Positions 62,052 to 64,000 of a stretch of DNA of 64,000 bases are shown here, in pieces; the stretch's first letter is position 1, and each line of letters begins with the position of its first letter. The stretch is taken from the IMG/VR virus record IMGVR_UViG_2684622670_000009, positions 20,476-84,475 of that record; one strand, given 5' to 3'. The DNA is from a virus. Lineage: Duplodnaviria > Heunggongvirae > Uroviricota > Caudoviricetes. The position numbers were made by a program, and so were the translations under genes. Below the pieces are notes generated by a model. It searched no databases, was not told the DNA's origin, and saw only the letters and a list, made by a program, of their open reading frames with translations.

Positions 62052-62093
62052 CCCCGTCCGCAGGGCGGGGTGACAAGTTACTTCTCTTACAAT
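62052..62093 (+). promoter_or_regulatory. Terminator-like hairpin followed by the late promoter of the tail-fibre operon
   Basis: CCCCGTCC-GCAG-GGCGGGG, then GTGACAAGTTACTTCTCTTACAAT. Confidence 0.5.
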
Positions 62094-62123
62094 GAGGCTT
62101 CACAACATTGATTAGGGAAAATC

Positions 62124-62558
62124 ATGTCTGACGTCTCAACAAACCTCTATAAGAGTCAGTTGTTGGACTATTACTATCAGCGGCGCGCTGAATCGTCCAT
62201 TAACAAAGGCTCTCGATTTTTAATCAGCAAGGCCGTTTTCGGTACCAGTTCACTGGTTACTAAGAAAGGAGATGGCACTTATGAGATTGGAGAACTGCCA
62301 AAGGCTTTCGATCTGGCAGAACTGACCAGTCAATTTTGCACCATCAACCTCGTGCCAACCTACTCAGGTGGGATAATTACTGTCCGGATGGACCTTGATC
62401 AAAGCCAGTTGCAGGAAGGGAAAAACTACCCATTCAACACTCTGGTTGTTCTGGATAACGAGAACAAGCCAATCGCCATTATTTGTGTCCAGGAAGACTC
62501 GCTGTATGTGGGCAAAACATATACCGCAGTTATGGCCATAAACACGACTACAGCATAA
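62124..62558 (+). CDS. R: Tail-fibre-associated structural protein R
   Basis: 144 aa directly upstream of S. Confidence 0.7.
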   Translation: MSDVSTNLYKSQLLDYYYQRRAESSINKGSRFLISKAVFGTSSLVTKKGDGTYEIGELPKAFDLAELTSQFCTINLVPTYSGGIITVRMDLDQSQLQEGKNYPFNTLVVLDNENKPIAIICVQEDSLYVGKTYTAVMAINTTTA

Positions 62559-62569
62559 GGATATGCTTG

Positions 62570-64000
62570 ATGAATGACGTTACAGTTGTCACATCGGTTA
62601 CTTACCCATCACCCGAGTCGTTGGCTCTGGTGGCTGATGTGCAATACCACGAACCATATCTGTCAGCCGCGCTAAACCGAAAATTCAGGGGGATTGTTGA
62701 CCCGGGATTTTATGCCGGTTTCTTACCTAAGCCTGGCGGTGGGATGAACCTGTTAATCACCTCAGTGGATGGTGATAAAACTGCTGGCGCTGCGTCAGTG
62801 GATATTGGTGAATTCTACCAGGTAACTATTCAGCAACGTAAGGATATTTCTCTTGCACTTAGTGCAGGCAAGAAATATGCAATCGTTTTGAAGGGAAGAT
62901 ATATCCTTGGAGAAGATACCTATCAGGTTAATACCGCGTCACATATTCATGCGGCTGAATTTATTGCCAGAATCTATACCGATTCATATCAGTTGGGAGA
63001 TGGGGAGCTACTTGTTTGTACGGTAAATATCCCTGCTGGCGTATCTGCCATTACCCAGGAGATGATTGATACATCTGAGCGTATCAACCGCACGATCGGC
63101 ATTGAAATATCAGACTCTGTAACCAGCACCAGAAGTGATGTTGCGGCAAGTTCGCTGGCAGTTAAAAAAGCCTACGATCTGGCGAAAAGTAAGTATACGG
63201 CGCAGGATGCAAGCACAACGCAAAAGGGATTAGTTCAGCTCAGTAGCACAATTGACAGCGACAGCGAAACAATGGCGGCCACCCCTAAAGCCGTTAAGTC
63301 TGTAAAAGAACTGGCTGATACCAAAGCGCCAATAGAAAGCCCGAATCTGACAGGGAAACCAGGTGCCCCGACTGCGGCCCCAGGTACAAACAGTAATCAG
63401 ATCGCGAATACAGCATTTGTTCATGCAGCTATAAGCGCGCTTATCAACGGCGCCCCGGGAACACTGGATACGCTGAAAGAAATTGCTGCTGCTATCAACA
63501 ACGATCCGAAGTTCAGCACGACTATCAATAATGCGCTGAATCTTAAGGCTCCTTTAGCAAGCCCTGCATTCACCGGAATACCTACCGCGCCTACAGCACC
63601 GCAGGGTACAAATAATACACAGATAGCAACGACTGCTTATGTTAGGGCGGCTATTTCCGCATTGGTCGGTTCATCTCCTGAAGCTCTGGATACTCTGAAT
63701 GAGTTAGCTGCGGCGCTTGGCAATGACCCGAACTTTGCGACAACCATGACCAATGCACTGGCAGGGAAACAGCCTCTTGATGCAACCTTAACCGCGCTCG
63801 CTGCCCTTGCGACTGGTGCAAATAAACTGCCTTATTTCACCGGTAAGGATACGGTAGCGCAGACTGATTTAACGTCAGTCGGTCGCGATATTCTGGCTAA
63901 AACAAGCACACTGGCCGTTATCCAATACCTTGGTTTAAGAGAACTTGGCACAAGCGGTGAAAAGATCCCCCTGTTGAGCACGGCTAACACATGGAGTGCA
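62570..64000 (+). CDS. S: Tail fibre protein S, N-terminal 477 codons (gene leaves the window)
   Basis: Absent from the ORF track (no stop in the window). MNDVTVVTSVTYPSPESLALVADVQYHEPYLSAALNRKFRGIVDPGFYAGF matches P1 S. Contains phage tail-fibre repeats. Confidence 0.9.
   Translation, partial: MNDVTVVTSVTYPSPESLALVADVQYHEPYLSAALNRKFRGIVDPGFYAGFLPKPGGGMNLLITSVDGDKTAGAASVDIGEFYQVTIQQRKDISLALSAGKKYAIVLKGRYILGEDTYQVNTASHIHAAEFIARIYTDSYQLGDGELLVCTVNIPAGVSAITQEMIDTSERINRTIGIEISDSVTSTRSDVAASSLAVKKAYDLAKSKYTAQDASTTQKGLVQLSSTIDSDSETMAATPKAVKSVKELADTKAPIESPNLTGKPGAPTAAPGTNSNQIANTAFVHAAISALINGAPGTLDTLKEIAAAINNDPKFSTTINNALNLKAPLASPAFTGIPTAPTAPQGTNNTQIATTAYVRAAISALVGSSPEALDTLNELAAALGNDPNFATTMTNALAGKQPLDATLTALAALATGANKLPYFTGKDTVAQTDLTSVGRDILAKTSTLAVIQYLGLRELGTSGEKIPLLSTANTWSA

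Overview
This 64-kb window is a stretch of a P1-family temperate phage-plasmid (enterobacterial type), inverted relative to the usual P1 map. The calls rest on motif reading, synteny and my memory of P1 protein sequences; no searches were run. Backbone in window order: pacB/pacA with the pac site, lpa, pdcB/pdcA, doc/phd, pap, the pmgS-to-pmgL block with ppp, and the baseplate operon (P1 genes 26-25-7-24-6-5). Then a dbn-position gene, ban, trnI, tciCBA, a tRNA/structured-RNA locus, dmt, hrdC, uhr, and a PAAR-like gene plus a spanin pair. Then oriR-repA-incA, parAB-parS, head gene 23, sheath gene 22, tail genes, repL, kilA and immI (ant, icd, c4 RNA). Finally pmgC-tub-pmgB-sit, baseplate genes, R and the 5' part of tail-fibre gene S. 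About ten matches to the 17-bp C1 operator (ATTGCTCTAATAAATTT) and four to five copies of a late-promoter motif (ACAAGTGAC-N-TAnAAT) are visible. Unusual or non-backbone content: (1) a 341-aa intein with a LAGLIDADG endonuclease inside the catalytic PCQ motif of Dmt. (2) A tRNA locus with Asn, Ser and Ile tRNAs, a tRNA-like gene with a 57-nt insert in place of the anticodon arm, and four covarying long-hairpin modules. (3) A C1-controlled promoter driving a terminated, structured ~185-nt RNA. (4) An EcoR124-like type IC hsdMSR cassette replacing the pmgT-humD block, with an unusual hsdS. (5) A solo tnpB plus an AT-rich three-gene envelope cassette in the sim position; one of its products carries a Sit-derived motif. 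(6) Two short hydrophobic ORFs with toxin-like architecture. (7) A T5orf172 gene between incA and parA, and a non-P1 RepA/iteron set next to P1-type par. (8) Three frame breaks at homopolymer runs, in gene 22, the pmgS-position gene and pmgB.
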